Shown here: positions 18,706 through 27,899 of the stretch, one piece after another | How positions within the stretch are numbered: position 1 is the first letter of the stretch | How the letters are laid out: every line of letters starts with the position of its first letter | Source of the DNA: an uncultured Clostridia bacterium | GTDB taxonomy: Bacteria; Bacillota; Clostridia; TANB77; CAG-508 | Reading direction: 5' to 3' | Length of the DNA: 64,000 nucleotides | Assembly (NCBI GenBank): GCA_934149075.1 | Contig: CAKPDR010000001.1 | Coordinates: forward strand, 84,060 to 148,059 | Translations under genes and position numbers: made by a program | The notes under the pieces: model-generated | Databases searched by the model: none | Told to the model about the DNA's origin: nothing | What the model saw: the letters and a program-made list of their open reading frames with translations, nothing else

Positions 18706-19124
18706 ATTATTTCCTCTCCGCTTAATTAATATGTTTATATTATAACTTATAAAATCTCAATATTCAATAAAAAAAGGTAAACTGCATAATTGCAATTTAC
18801 CTAATCAATTACTTTAACCATCTTTTTAACCAATATATAAATGCATCATATATGTTCATCCTTCTCCACCACCTTTTTTTATCTTTCGTGCTCGTTCCGT
18901 TTTGCTATAATAAAAATACCATTTAAAGCTTAGAGCCAAGCAATTTTCGGTGATAGAAAGTGGTGGCAAAAAATGACTATATATGACAAAAAATAGTAAA
19001 ATATATTTTCTGCTTTAAAATCTAAAAAATATTATCTTTTACTATTTTTTACTATTTTTATTTACCATCTCATTGTTCTTTTTATGTTGTAAAATTATAA
19101 AAAAAATTAAGGAGGGGTTTTATT

Positions 19125-19487
19125 ATGGGAAGAAAAAGATCAAACGTAGCAATTGAAGTAGAAAAACAAGAACAAATTGAAAGAGGTAAAAGAATTAAAT
19201 ATATTAGAGAAAATGAGTTAAATCTAAATAAAACTCAACTTGCTGCGAAAATTGGTACATCAAGTCAATTTCTAGGATTGGTAGAAGAAGGAAAAGGTAA
19301 TTTAGTTTATTACAGCCTTAAAAAATTTCGTGAACTTAGTGGACATTCTGCAGATTTTATATTATTCGGTATTGATGATACTTGTATAGATAAAACAAAA
19401 AAATTATTAAAAAATTATTCTGAAGAAGAAATTATTGCCGCTCTTGACGTTGTCGAAAAATTAGCTTTTTATATTAGTAAAAAATAA
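19125..19487 (+). CDS. XRE-family helix-turn-helix transcriptional regulator (120 aa)
   Basis: IKYIRENELNLNKTQLAAKIGTSSQFLGLVEEGKGNL is a classic HTH_3 pattern. SD AAGGAGGGG. Confidence 0.8.
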   Translation: MGRKRSNVAIEVEKQEQIERGKRIKYIRENELNLNKTQLAAKIGTSSQFLGLVEEGKGNLVYYSLKKFRELSGHSADFILFGIDDTCIDKTKKLLKNYSEEEIIAALDVVEKLAFYISKK

Positions 19488-19594
19488 GTTCAAAACATTA
19501 TGTAACTCGATTTTCTCTTTTTACTTGATTTTACGCATAAATCATGATAAAATAAAAAAGTAACTAAATATTTTTACTTCCAACTATAGGGGGA

Positions 19595-21196
19595 ATGGCT
19601 ATGTTCAATTACAAAATTAAACGTGAAAGAAAAAATATTATCAAATTTTTTTATGCTACGGCAGAACGTTTCAAAAACCACAAGAAAAAAACTTTTTTTA
19701 TGCTTCTTGGAGATAATGAAATACGGATGTTCCATATAGCAAATTTATGGGAAAAAGATAAAATAAGTCAAGCATTTAAAAATGCTAATTTACACATCTG
19801 CACAAGTCATCAATTAGATATGTCTTTTGACGACTATTACAAAGATAGTTCATTCATAATTTTTACAAGTTTCTTAAAAAGCAATGAAACAATGTTTTAT
19901 TACTATGTACTTTGCAAACTTTATGGAATAAATGATATATATCCATATGCATATGAATGGGACATTGATTATTCAGTATTATATGTTAATACTGTTGATA
20001 CTCAAAATGACCAGCAAAACAAATGTCTAGCAGCCTATAATAAGGCTTTAAATGAAATAAATTTAAAAAATAATCTTTCTAATTTTGATTTTATGTCATT
20101 ATTAAAAGACTTTGAAAATCGACTTTATTATAAAGCATTAAAAGCTGCACCAAGTATGAGCCTTGATCTTATAGATCAAATTCAGCTTTGTTACAATGAA
20201 GGTATTCCATTTTTTTCAAATACACTTGCTTATCATGAAGAAAATGTAAATTTATATTATGAACCAAATATTTCTAGTGATTTTAAATGGATTTATTATA
20301 ATGACGAATATATTTACAGAATACCATTTATGTCAGAAAATAACTGTCCGCGAGTTTATTTTCTTAAATATGCTAGTTCTTTTTTTGGTAATTTCTTCGT
20401 CAATTTAGGAATTATTGAAAACTTTCAGTATAATAATGGTAAGCGAATTATAACAATTCAACCTTTTGTAATTCCCAAATCATGTACAACAAATTATCTG
20501 CTTTATTTATTTTTTTATTTATATAAAGATACAGAATATAAGAACTATTTACTTTCAATAATAAACTCTAATTTAAATCAATATATTAAAATATCCAGTT
20601 GGGATGAGCTTAGTATTGACTGTAAAAATCAAGTTATTAATTGTGTAAATAAAAATAAAGGTCTATGCAGAAGTATTTATAATGCCATTATCATTTGGGC
20701 AAACATGTTCGTTTGGGAGGAATTTTGCCAAGATGAAAATGTTAATCAAAACATTAAAAGTTTTAAACCTAATTTTTGGGGTACAGAATTTGTTAAAAAT
20801 AATAACGATAAAATTCTTGAGCAAACTCTTTCTAAAATCTCTATTTTAATGAAAGATAACTATTATCGTCAAAATGTAAATTGCAATTACTCTTATATAT
20901 CAGAGGTTGAGCCAATTGAACCCCAATACAATATTAGTTTTAATGGTCAATGTAGGTCAATATCAGAAATAAGTGCAGATGTATTGATTTACGATTTGAT
21001 TGGTGATACTGGTATTAAAAGTTTTACAGCAGAAGATTTATTAGATTATTTTAAAGTACATTCTGATATAAAAGAAAAAAATACTTCTATTTTTTCTCAA
21101 TGGTATATCAGATGGGTACAACCATATTTTGTGAAAATTGAATGTATTCCAGATATTGAAAAGGAAACAGTTTTTATTAATTATGTAATTAACTAG
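19595..21196 (+). CDS. Hypothetical protein (533 aa), no recognisable domain
   Basis: ORF track. SD AGGGGGA. No TM or signal peptide seen. Tyr/Asn/Phe-rich. Confidence 0.6.
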   Translation: MAMFNYKIKRERKNIIKFFYATAERFKNHKKKTFFMLLGDNEIRMFHIANLWEKDKISQAFKNANLHICTSHQLDMSFDDYYKDSSFIIFTSFLKSNETMFYYYVLCKLYGINDIYPYAYEWDIDYSVLYVNTVDTQNDQQNKCLAAYNKALNEINLKNNLSNFDFMSLLKDFENRLYYKALKAAPSMSLDLIDQIQLCYNEGIPFFSNTLAYHEENVNLYYEPNISSDFKWIYYNDEYIYRIPFMSENNCPRVYFLKYASSFFGNFFVNLGIIENFQYNNGKRIITIQPFVIPKSCTTNYLLYLFFYLYKDTEYKNYLLSIINSNLNQYIKISSWDELSIDCKNQVINCVNKNKGLCRSIYNAIIIWANMFVWEEFCQDENVNQNIKSFKPNFWGTEFVKNNNDKILEQTLSKISILMKDNYYRQNVNCNYSYISEVEPIEPQYNISFNGQCRSISEISADVLIYDLIGDTGIKSFTAEDLLDYFKVHSDIKEKNTSIFSQWYIRWVQPYFVKIECIPDIEKETVFINYVIN

Positions 21197-21206
21197 TATA
21201 ATAAAA

Positions 21207-21237
21207 AGCTTAAGAAATATTTTCTTAAGCTTTTTTG
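21207..21237. terminator. Bidirectional Rho-independent terminator between convergent genes
   Basis: 11-bp stem AGCTTAAGAAA/TTTCTTAAGCT with an A-run before and a T-run after. Confidence 0.8.
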
Positions 21238-21246
21238 TTTTTATAT

Positions 21247-21795
21247 TTAAATCTCATCTTCTGTAATTGAATAAATCATTTTATTTTCGTATTTTCCTGT
21301 TTTTTGATTTATCCTTCTATCACGTAGACATGCCTCTTTTTTCATCCCAGCATTTTGTAGTATCTTTTCCTTTATTTGAGTTAATTCTTGATTTCCATCA
21401 TAAAAGTTAGAAATTACAATATAGTAACCTTGTTCTTTAATTAAGTACATAATTACTTTTTTTAATGCTTCCTCCATATACCCTGTATCAGCCCAATCCA
21501 AAGCAATACCAAATTTTATTCTACATCCTCTATTGGTTTTAGATACCTCTTGAGCATTAATAAATCCTATCACTTTACCTGTCTTCTTTTCTTCCATTGC
21601 CCATACAAGTTCATTCATTTCATATTCTTTTATATATGAAGAGATTATTGCTCTTGTTTCTTCAAGGGATTTGTGTGGATTATAATTTAAGCAATCTGCT
21701 AGCTTTTTTTCTGAGCCAAGATACTTATGTGCATCTTCTGTGTCAGTAATCTTGAATTTTCTAATTTTTAAATTTTCTGTTTCTAAATCTTTCAT
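21247..21795 (-). CDS. GNAT family N-acetyltransferase (RimJ/RimL-like)
   Basis: LETENLKIRKFKITD.. N-terminus and an acetyl-CoA fold pattern (GFINAQ.., RIKFGIALD, GYMEEALKKVI). Confidence 0.65.
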   Translation of the reverse strand: MKDLETENLKIRKFKITDTEDAHKYLGSEKKLADCLNYNPHKSLEETRAIISSYIKEYEMNELVWAMEEKKTGKVIGFINAQEVSKTNRGCRIKFGIALDWADTGYMEEALKKVIMYLIKEQGYYIVISNFYDGNQELTQIKEKILQNAGMKKEACLRDRRINQKTGKYENKMIYSITEDEI

Positions 21796-21881
21796 TTTTT
21801 GTTTTATGTCCCCCTTTTTGAATTTTTTCCTTTATTTTACATTTAAAGTAAAAAAATGTCAATTGTTTTTTGGGAATTTTA

Positions 21882-23201
21882 TCAAAAATCTTTTATTCTT
21901 TGCTTAAAATCACTGAAATCCACAAGTTTCCAAGACCAATTTTCATCTTTTTCCACACCTGGTACATTAATTCGTGCACTATCATCTAATCCTAATATAT
22001 CTTGAACTGTTATAATTGCAATCTTAGCCTTACATTTTGCACAATATTGCATAATACCTATATTAACATTTATATCATAACATTCATTTCTTCTTAGAAA
22101 CTCTTTTAATCTTTCTTTATATTCATCATTTAAGGTATTATACCATCCATGTATAGTCTGACAATCATGATTTCCAGGAAATACAAGAACATTTTCCTGT
22201 TCATTGTCTTTATCGTAAAAATTATTCAAATCAATTGAATATTGTAGTATTTTTTGTCTTGTAAATCCATAGTGTTCTCTTAATTTTATTGTTTCTTCTC
22301 TAATATCACCCAAGTCTTCAACTATAAGATTTTCAACTTTTATATTTTCACCTTTAAATAACTCATCAAAAAAGGCATAACTTACACCATCAGTATAAAA
22401 TCCTTCTTTCCCACTTTTTCCTATTGGTATTTCAAAAAACGAATCATATCCTCTAAAATAATCTACTCTAACTTTGTCAAATAATTTTAGATGGTATTTA
22501 AAACGATTGACTAAATATTTAAAATTATCTTTTTTCATGTTTTCTACATCATATACTGGACTATTCCATTTTTGCCCCTCACTGTTAAAGTAGTCTGGTG
22601 GTGTTCCTGCTTCAAATGTAAATTTTCCATTTTTCATTTTAAAACATTCCGGATGATACATTGTTTCTGCAGAATTAAATGTTGGATATACTGGCATATC
22701 TCCTATTATTTGAATATTTTTAGAATTTGCATATTTCTTTAGCTCCATCCACTGCTTATATAATATAAATTGCAAAAACATATAATATTCTTTGTTCTCA
22801 CCTTTTATATTACTTATATATTGAGCATATTCATTAATTTCTTTATTTTTTATAAATTCCACATATTCTTTATTTATCACAAATTTACCAAATGCTTCTT
22901 TATAATATTTTTCTTTAAAATTATCATATACTACTCTATCTTTTACTTCTCTTTCTTCAGCTTTTTCTATTAATCCGCATTCTTTTAATTTGTCTAATGA
23001 TATATAGTCTTCTTCTAATGCATAATAACTTAATGGCGAATATGGTAATCTATTACATACATTTATGGGCAGAATTTCCCAATACTTCATTCCATTTTCA
23101 CTTAAAATATCTATAAATTCATATGCTTCATTTCCAAAATCACCAATTCCATATTTACTTGGTAACGAAAATATTGGAAGTAAAATTCCTTTTTCTTTCA
23201 T
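21882..23201 (-). CDS. malQ: 4-alpha-glucanotransferase (amylomaltase, GH77)
   Basis: GILLPIFSLPSKYGIGDFG..AYEFIDIL...YWEILPI N-terminus typical of MalQ, plus VRVDYFRG. Confidence 0.75.
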   Translation of the reverse strand: MKEKGILLPIFSLPSKYGIGDFGNEAYEFIDILSENGMKYWEILPINVCNRLPYSPLSYYALEEDYISLDKLKECGLIEKAEEREVKDRVVYDNFKEKYYKEAFGKFVINKEYVEFIKNKEINEYAQYISNIKGENKEYYMFLQFILYKQWMELKKYANSKNIQIIGDMPVYPTFNSAETMYHPECFKMKNGKFTFEAGTPPDYFNSEGQKWNSPVYDVENMKKDNFKYLVNRFKYHLKLFDKVRVDYFRGYDSFFEIPIGKSGKEGFYTDGVSYAFFDELFKGENIKVENLIVEDLGDIREETIKLREHYGFTRQKILQYSIDLNNFYDKDNEQENVLVFPGNHDCQTIHGWYNTLNDEYKERLKEFLRRNECYDINVNIGIMQYCAKCKAKIAIITVQDILGLDDSARINVPGVEKDENWSWKLVDFSDFKQRIKDF

Positions 23202-23461
23202 TTGTATCCCCCTTCTTCTTTTGCTTATATTTGTTTTCTAAAATTTTATCACAAACCCTTTTGTTTTTCTATATTATTTAATAATATTTTATGAAAAGAA
23301 CAAAAAATGTATTTCTATATATGAGATTTGGAGGACTTACTTATAAATAGAACAGAGCTCTCTATTTAGAGAGCCCCATTATTCGGTATATCTTTAATTT
23401 AATCAAAATACAAACCAGCCAACCCCATATGGATCTTTAAAGTCCACATCGCTACCAATAG

Positions 23462-24355
23462 TCATTTTGCAATAGGGCACTTATAGCCATACTCTGCAAA
23501 ACTTCCACTTGCAACGCAAACTTTACTATATGTCTCATCTTCCGCGAAAATTTTGCGAACATTTGCAAGACCACACTTACCTGCTACTTTTCTACAACCT
23601 GCGATTTCAAGCGTATCCTGTGCATATTTAGTATTGAAATAATGACCAATTTCTGTAGAATCACAACATATGGCTTTCACAGCTTCATCCTGTTCCCAGC
23701 CCTCCATTTTCATATGCTCAATTAATGTCGCAAGGAATAAAACATAATGATGTTTAGTTCCTAATTTTAAATTATTTTTTTTTGCCAACTGCTTGAGCTC
23801 GTTAAATGATAAGTCAGTTGTTGGACCACATCCTGCACTGAAAATTGGCTTTCCTTTATCATCGATTGTCATGTCGTAAACTGGTACTTCAAAGCTTTTT
23901 ACTCCTGCACTGATAGCTTCGTTAAGCTTATCCAGAAATTCCTTTACTGCAGGCGCTAATAACCAACAGCTTTTAAACAGTTCCTTATAAATATAACTGT
24001 TAGACCCTTCTACATGAATCGTTTCAATTCCTTTGGTAAGATGTGTTTCAGTAAAAATCCTTTCTTTCATAATTTTCCAAAAACACTCATCTACATCTTC
24101 AGGTGTTTCTAAATTTTTTTTCAAGATCTCTTTTACAGATTCCGTTACCTGCGATTTCATTGAAATGACGAGTTCTCCTTTTTCGTCTTCTCTGACGAAA
24201 AATTCCTTGCTATTGTGTATATGCTTTGTTTCTTCGTCTATTGCACTATAAATCATTTGTGCAACTTTCTTGGCTTTTCTTCTTCCTAAATATTCACAAA
24301 GAATATCCCGGATTTTAGTTTCGTTCATAATAGTAGTTGTTGAATTTTTCATCAT
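23462..24355 (-). CDS. Modular family member C. It has a different N-terminus but the same C-terminal domain as 13366..14244. Its 3' end is probably frameshifted.
   Basis: Homology blocks: HYVLFLATLIEHMKMEG against TYFLLLLRWLKDG, DSTEIGHYFNT against DSSEIGHYSNT, GLANVRKIFAEDE against GLIGNTIKIVEDE. A 20-codon ORF (23403..23465) overlaps the stop as ATGA and encodes the missing ..YGVGWFVF end. Confidence 0.65.
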   Translation of the reverse strand: MMKNSTTTIMNETKIRDILCEYLGRRKAKKVAQMIYSAIDEETKHIHNSKEFFVREDEKGELVISMKSQVTESVKEILKKNLETPEDVDECFWKIMKERIFTETHLTKGIETIHVEGSNSYIYKELFKSCWLLAPAVKEFLDKLNEAISAGVKSFEVPVYDMTIDDKGKPIFSAGCGPTTDLSFNELKQLAKKNNLKLGTKHHYVLFLATLIEHMKMEGWEQDEAVKAICCDSTEIGHYFNTKYAQDTLEIAGCRKVAGKCGLANVRKIFAEDETYSKVCVASGSFAEYGYKCPIAK

Positions 24356-24452
24356 GTTTTCCTCCTAATTAATTTGATAACCGATTTTTTATATTTTTGC
24401 TACTTTTGTAGTATATCACATTATGTTAAGTTTTGCAATGATATTGTAGCTT

Positions 24453-25670
24453 TTATTTAAAATATTTTATCGTAAAAATTGTTCCTTTATTTACTTCAGA
24501 CTCAACACTCACATATCCATTATTACTTTCAATTATAGATTTAGCAAGAGCTAAGCCAATTCCAACGCTTTCACTTGAAGAATTTTTACCTTTATAAAAT
24601 CTCTCAAAAATATGAGGCAAATCCTCTTTCTCTATTCCTACTCCATAATCTTTTATTTCTATTTTTGAATATAACTTATTTTCTTCATATGATATATCTA
24701 TTTTAGAATTATCTTTTGAATGTTCTACACAATTTTTTAAAATATTAGTTATAGCTTCTACCTGCCATTTAAAATCACAATTTATCTTAATATATTGCTC
24801 TGCTTTTGGTACTATTTCAACATTTTTCAAATCACACAATACTGAAACATTTTTTATACTCTCTTTTACTATATCTTGCAAGCTTATTTCTTTATTAATA
24901 AATTTTACTGAATTTGCATCTAATTTAGATAATTTCAATATTGAATTTACTAAAAAATTAACATTTATAATTTCTCTTTTTATATCTTTAACAAATTCTA
25001 TTCTGGTTTCTTTGTCCATTTCTGGATTTTCTAAGATATTATCTATCATTATTGTTATTGAAGTTAAAGGCGTTTTTAATTGATGTGATATATCTGATAA
25101 AGAATCTTTTAAATTTACTTTGTCTTGTACAGAATTTTCTGCAGTTTCTTTTAACATTATTGTTGTTTTATAAACTTCATTTTTTAATATTGATAACTCA
25201 TCTTCAGTGTTATCCTCTATATCTAATTTATAGTTTTTATTATTTATCTCTTCAATATATCTTGTAATTTCTTTTAGTTTCTCGTCTTTTGAATTATTAT
25301 ATTTCATAAATATGATTAAAATTACTAATGATAATATTATCAAAATTGTTGTATTTAATATTAAAAATATTTTAAAATAATTATCATTTTCTATTAATAT
25401 TGCATCATCTTGTAAGTTAATTCCATAATTTTTAAATAGATTAGTATCTATATTTTCTTTGCTATTTATTATTTGCATTATTTCGTTATTATCTAAATCT
25501 GGATATTTTTCTTTTACTTCTGATACAATTTGTGCAATTTTATTATTAAAATTATTTGTATATTTTTTATATTGATAATATTGAAACACTCCAAATACTA
25601 TTAAAATTAATATTATTGCAATAAAACTTTTTATTAATGCTCTTTTTAATTCAATTTTATTTTTCATCAA
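24453..25670 (-). CDS. Sensor histidine kinase (2 TM, HisKA plus HATPase_c)
   Basis: H-box SHQLKTPLTSI, N-box and G-boxes (DYGVGIEKEDLPHIFERFYKG, GIGLALAKSI). Confidence 0.85.
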   Translation of the reverse strand: MMKNKIELKRALIKSFIAIILILIVFGVFQYYQYKKYTNNFNNKIAQIVSEVKEKYPDLDNNEIMQIINSKENIDTNLFKNYGINLQDDAILIENDNYFKIFLILNTTILIILSLVILIIFMKYNNSKDEKLKEITRYIEEINNKNYKLDIEDNTEDELSILKNEVYKTTIMLKETAENSVQDKVNLKDSLSDISHQLKTPLTSITIMIDNILENPEMDKETRIEFVKDIKREIINVNFLVNSILKLSKLDANSVKFINKEISLQDIVKESIKNVSVLCDLKNVEIVPKAEQYIKINCDFKWQVEAITNILKNCVEHSKDNSKIDISYEENKLYSKIEIKDYGVGIEKEDLPHIFERFYKGKNSSSESVGIGLALAKSIIESNNGYVSVESEVNKGTIFTIKYFK

Positions 25671-26310
25671 TTCTATACCCTATTCCTTTAATTGTAATTA
25701 TTATATCTGTTACAAGTTTTTCTCTTATTCTTTTTAAATACACTGTTACAGTATTGTCATTTACATCATTTCCAGTCCATTCCCATATTTTTTCTATAAT
25801 ATAATTTCTTGTAACTACTTTATTTAAATTCATAAATAATAAATTTAATATTTTCAATTCTAAACTTGTTAAATTAATTTCTTTTCCATCTCTATATACT
25901 ACCATTTTATCTATATCAAATTCGATATCTTTTACTTTTATTATCGAATTCTTTTTATTTCTAAGAAGTATTTTATTAATCCTTGCTACTAATTCTCTTA
26001 TTGAAAATGGTTTTGTGATGTAATCCTCTGCTCCCACTTCTAAGCCTTTTACTATATCATCTTCATCATCTTTTGCTGTTAAAAATATTGTTGGTATATT
26101 TTTATCTTTTATATTTTTTTCATATAAATTGAATCCATTTCCATCTGGAAGAGATATATCAAGAATTACTAATTTAGGCTTTTCATTTTGTAAAAATATT
26201 ATTGTTTCTTTTGCATTTGTTTTGTGTATTACTTTAAATTTTTCTTGTTCTAAAGAATAAATTATCCCTTTTGCAAGAATTTCATTATCTTCCACTAATA
26301 AAATTTCCAT
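25657..26310 (-). CDS. OmpR-family response regulator
   Basis: Receiver domain (ILLVEDN..VILDISLPDGNGF) plus a winged-helix C-terminus (LTSLELKILNLL...IITIKGIGYR). Confidence 0.9.
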   Translation of the reverse strand: MEILLVEDNEILAKGIIYSLEQEKFKVIHKTNAKETIIFLQNEKPKLVILDISLPDGNGFNLYEKNIKDKNIPTIFLTAKDDEDDIVKGLEVGAEDYITKPFSIRELVARINKILLRNKKNSIIKVKDIEFDIDKMVVYRDGKEINLTSLELKILNLLFMNLNKVVTRNYIIEKIWEWTGNDVNDNTVTVYLKRIREKLVTDIIITIKGIGYRIDEK

Positions 26311-27687
26311 CTACTCATCTATCCTTTCTTCATGCATTTCTTGCATTGGTGAATGTTTTTGTTGATTTTCTTGTTCTCTAAATCTTTTTGCTAGTTCATC
26401 AGTTTCTCTTTGAATTCTTATTTTTTCATTTGGCTCTAATTCCCATGATTTTTTTTCATAAACTTTTTGTTCTACTGTTTCTATTGTTTTATCATATTGA
26501 GATTGTTCTTGTTTCTTATTTAAATTTTGTTTCGAAAATCTCAGTCTCATTTTGTTAAAAAATGCTGAAAGTCTATTTTGTCTTGCTGGTAAATTATTTT
26601 CATTATTTGTAGTTTGAATTATTCTATCATATTGTTTTTTACTATATTGTTCTCTGTCAAATTCCTGTTTTTTATCTACACCTTTATAACATTCTCTTTC
26701 TTTACTTAATAATAAACCCTTTAAAACTGTCTTTGTTTTTCCATTTTCGTCCACAGCACCTTTTTGAGCATCAATAACATAAATATCATTAGGATTTAAT
26801 AAAATTTCTTGTTCTGTATTATCATAATCAGATAATAGTGTCATATATAAGCCTTTAGTTCCTTTAGGTGCATAAATTTCCATAACTGTATCGTAATCAT
26901 CATATTTTGCAAATGATGAATTATATATTGGAGATGTACTAGTATAACCTTTATTATTCATACTTTTTCCAATATAATCTTCTGGATTAATCTTCCCATT
27001 TGTTTTTATTGCCCTATATAATTTCATTGATTGTGGCAATCTTGATTTTGATAATCCATCATCTAAACTTACTAATGTACTATCAATATGTTCCAAAGAA
27101 TCCATACTTTTAACTGCCGTACAAATAGATGGATAGCAATTACGAGGCATATTCGTTTCTTGCCTATATTGATTTACTATTTCGTAGTTTTCATATAATG
27201 GTTTATTAAAATTTAATCTACATATATAATCTTTTAAATTTAAAATCTGTTCTTGCGAAAGACCTCTAGTTTGTAATTTACTAATCATATCAGACGCTAT
27301 TTTATTTTGAAGCTGACCTCTATCTGCCAAACCTCTCTTCATTGATAGAATCATATTACTATCATTACTATACTGATTTATAGCCTTTGCATTATCTATC
27401 GTTAGATTACATTTCTCTAATTCTTGCATAAAGTCATTAATTTCTTTTAGCTTAATTCCTTTTTGTTGTAGTTCATCAATAGAATATCCATCTGCTAATC
27501 CTCTTAGTATATCTTGATAGTTTCCATCAGAACTAAAAGTTTGTGTCAAATCAATATCATTCTGAAAAGATAAATATTCTCCATTTAGTATTTCATTAAT
27601 TTCTGATTCTGTTAATCCTTGTTTTTGCAACATATTTGATATTCGTTGTGCTTGAAAATCAGGCATTTTAATTTGTTCTTTTAACAT
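26311..27687 (-). CDS. ADP-ribosyltransferase domain protein (R-S-E class, C2/C3/Vip2-like ADPrib_exo_Tox) with a helical N-terminal region and a charged C-terminal tail. No signal peptide.
   Basis: Ordered motifs KLYRAI (Arg), GYTSTS (STS) and NTEQEILL (ExE) with toxin-like spacing. Its stop codon abuts the response-regulator start (26310/26311). Confidence 0.7.
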   Translation of the reverse strand: MLKEQIKMPDFQAQRISNMLQKQGLTESEINEILNGEYLSFQNDIDLTQTFSSDGNYQDILRGLADGYSIDELQQKGIKLKEINDFMQELEKCNLTIDNAKAINQYSNDSNMILSMKRGLADRGQLQNKIASDMISKLQTRGLSQEQILNLKDYICRLNFNKPLYENYEIVNQYRQETNMPRNCYPSICTAVKSMDSLEHIDSTLVSLDDGLSKSRLPQSMKLYRAIKTNGKINPEDYIGKSMNNKGYTSTSPIYNSSFAKYDDYDTVMEIYAPKGTKGLYMTLLSDYDNTEQEILLNPNDIYVIDAQKGAVDENGKTKTVLKGLLLSKERECYKGVDKKQEFDREQYSKKQYDRIIQTTNNENNLPARQNRLSAFFNKMRLRFSKQNLNKKQEQSQYDKTIETVEQKVYEKKSWELEPNEKIRIQRETDELAKRFREQENQQKHSPMQEMHEERIDE

Positions 27688-27779
27688 ATATTACTTCCTT
27701 TTACTTTGATATTTTTGTTCTTTAGAATTAATCTTTTATTTTAACCTAAATTAATTATTTCATTTAGTTATTCAATTTT

Positions 27780-27808
27780 ATTCTAGCATAGAATGTAAAA
27801 AATCACAA
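27780..27808 (-). promoter_or_regulatory. Putative sigma-A promoter for the ART/response-regulator/kinase operon
   Basis: Minus strand reads TTGTGA, a 17-nt spacer, then TGcTAGAAT (extended -10). Confidence 0.35.
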
Positions 27809-27876
27809 CAAGCCAAATTGTATTTTGGTTCTGTTTTGCCTCAAAATGAGAACTTTAATATAATAAATTAAATGAA

Positions 27877-27899
27877 GGGACTTTTATAGTCCCTTTTTT
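27877..27899. terminator. Hairpin terminator directly after the permease stop codon
   Basis: GGGACT/AGTCCC stem, 5-nt loop, T-run on the plus strand and a moderately T-rich tail on the minus strand. Confidence 0.5.
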
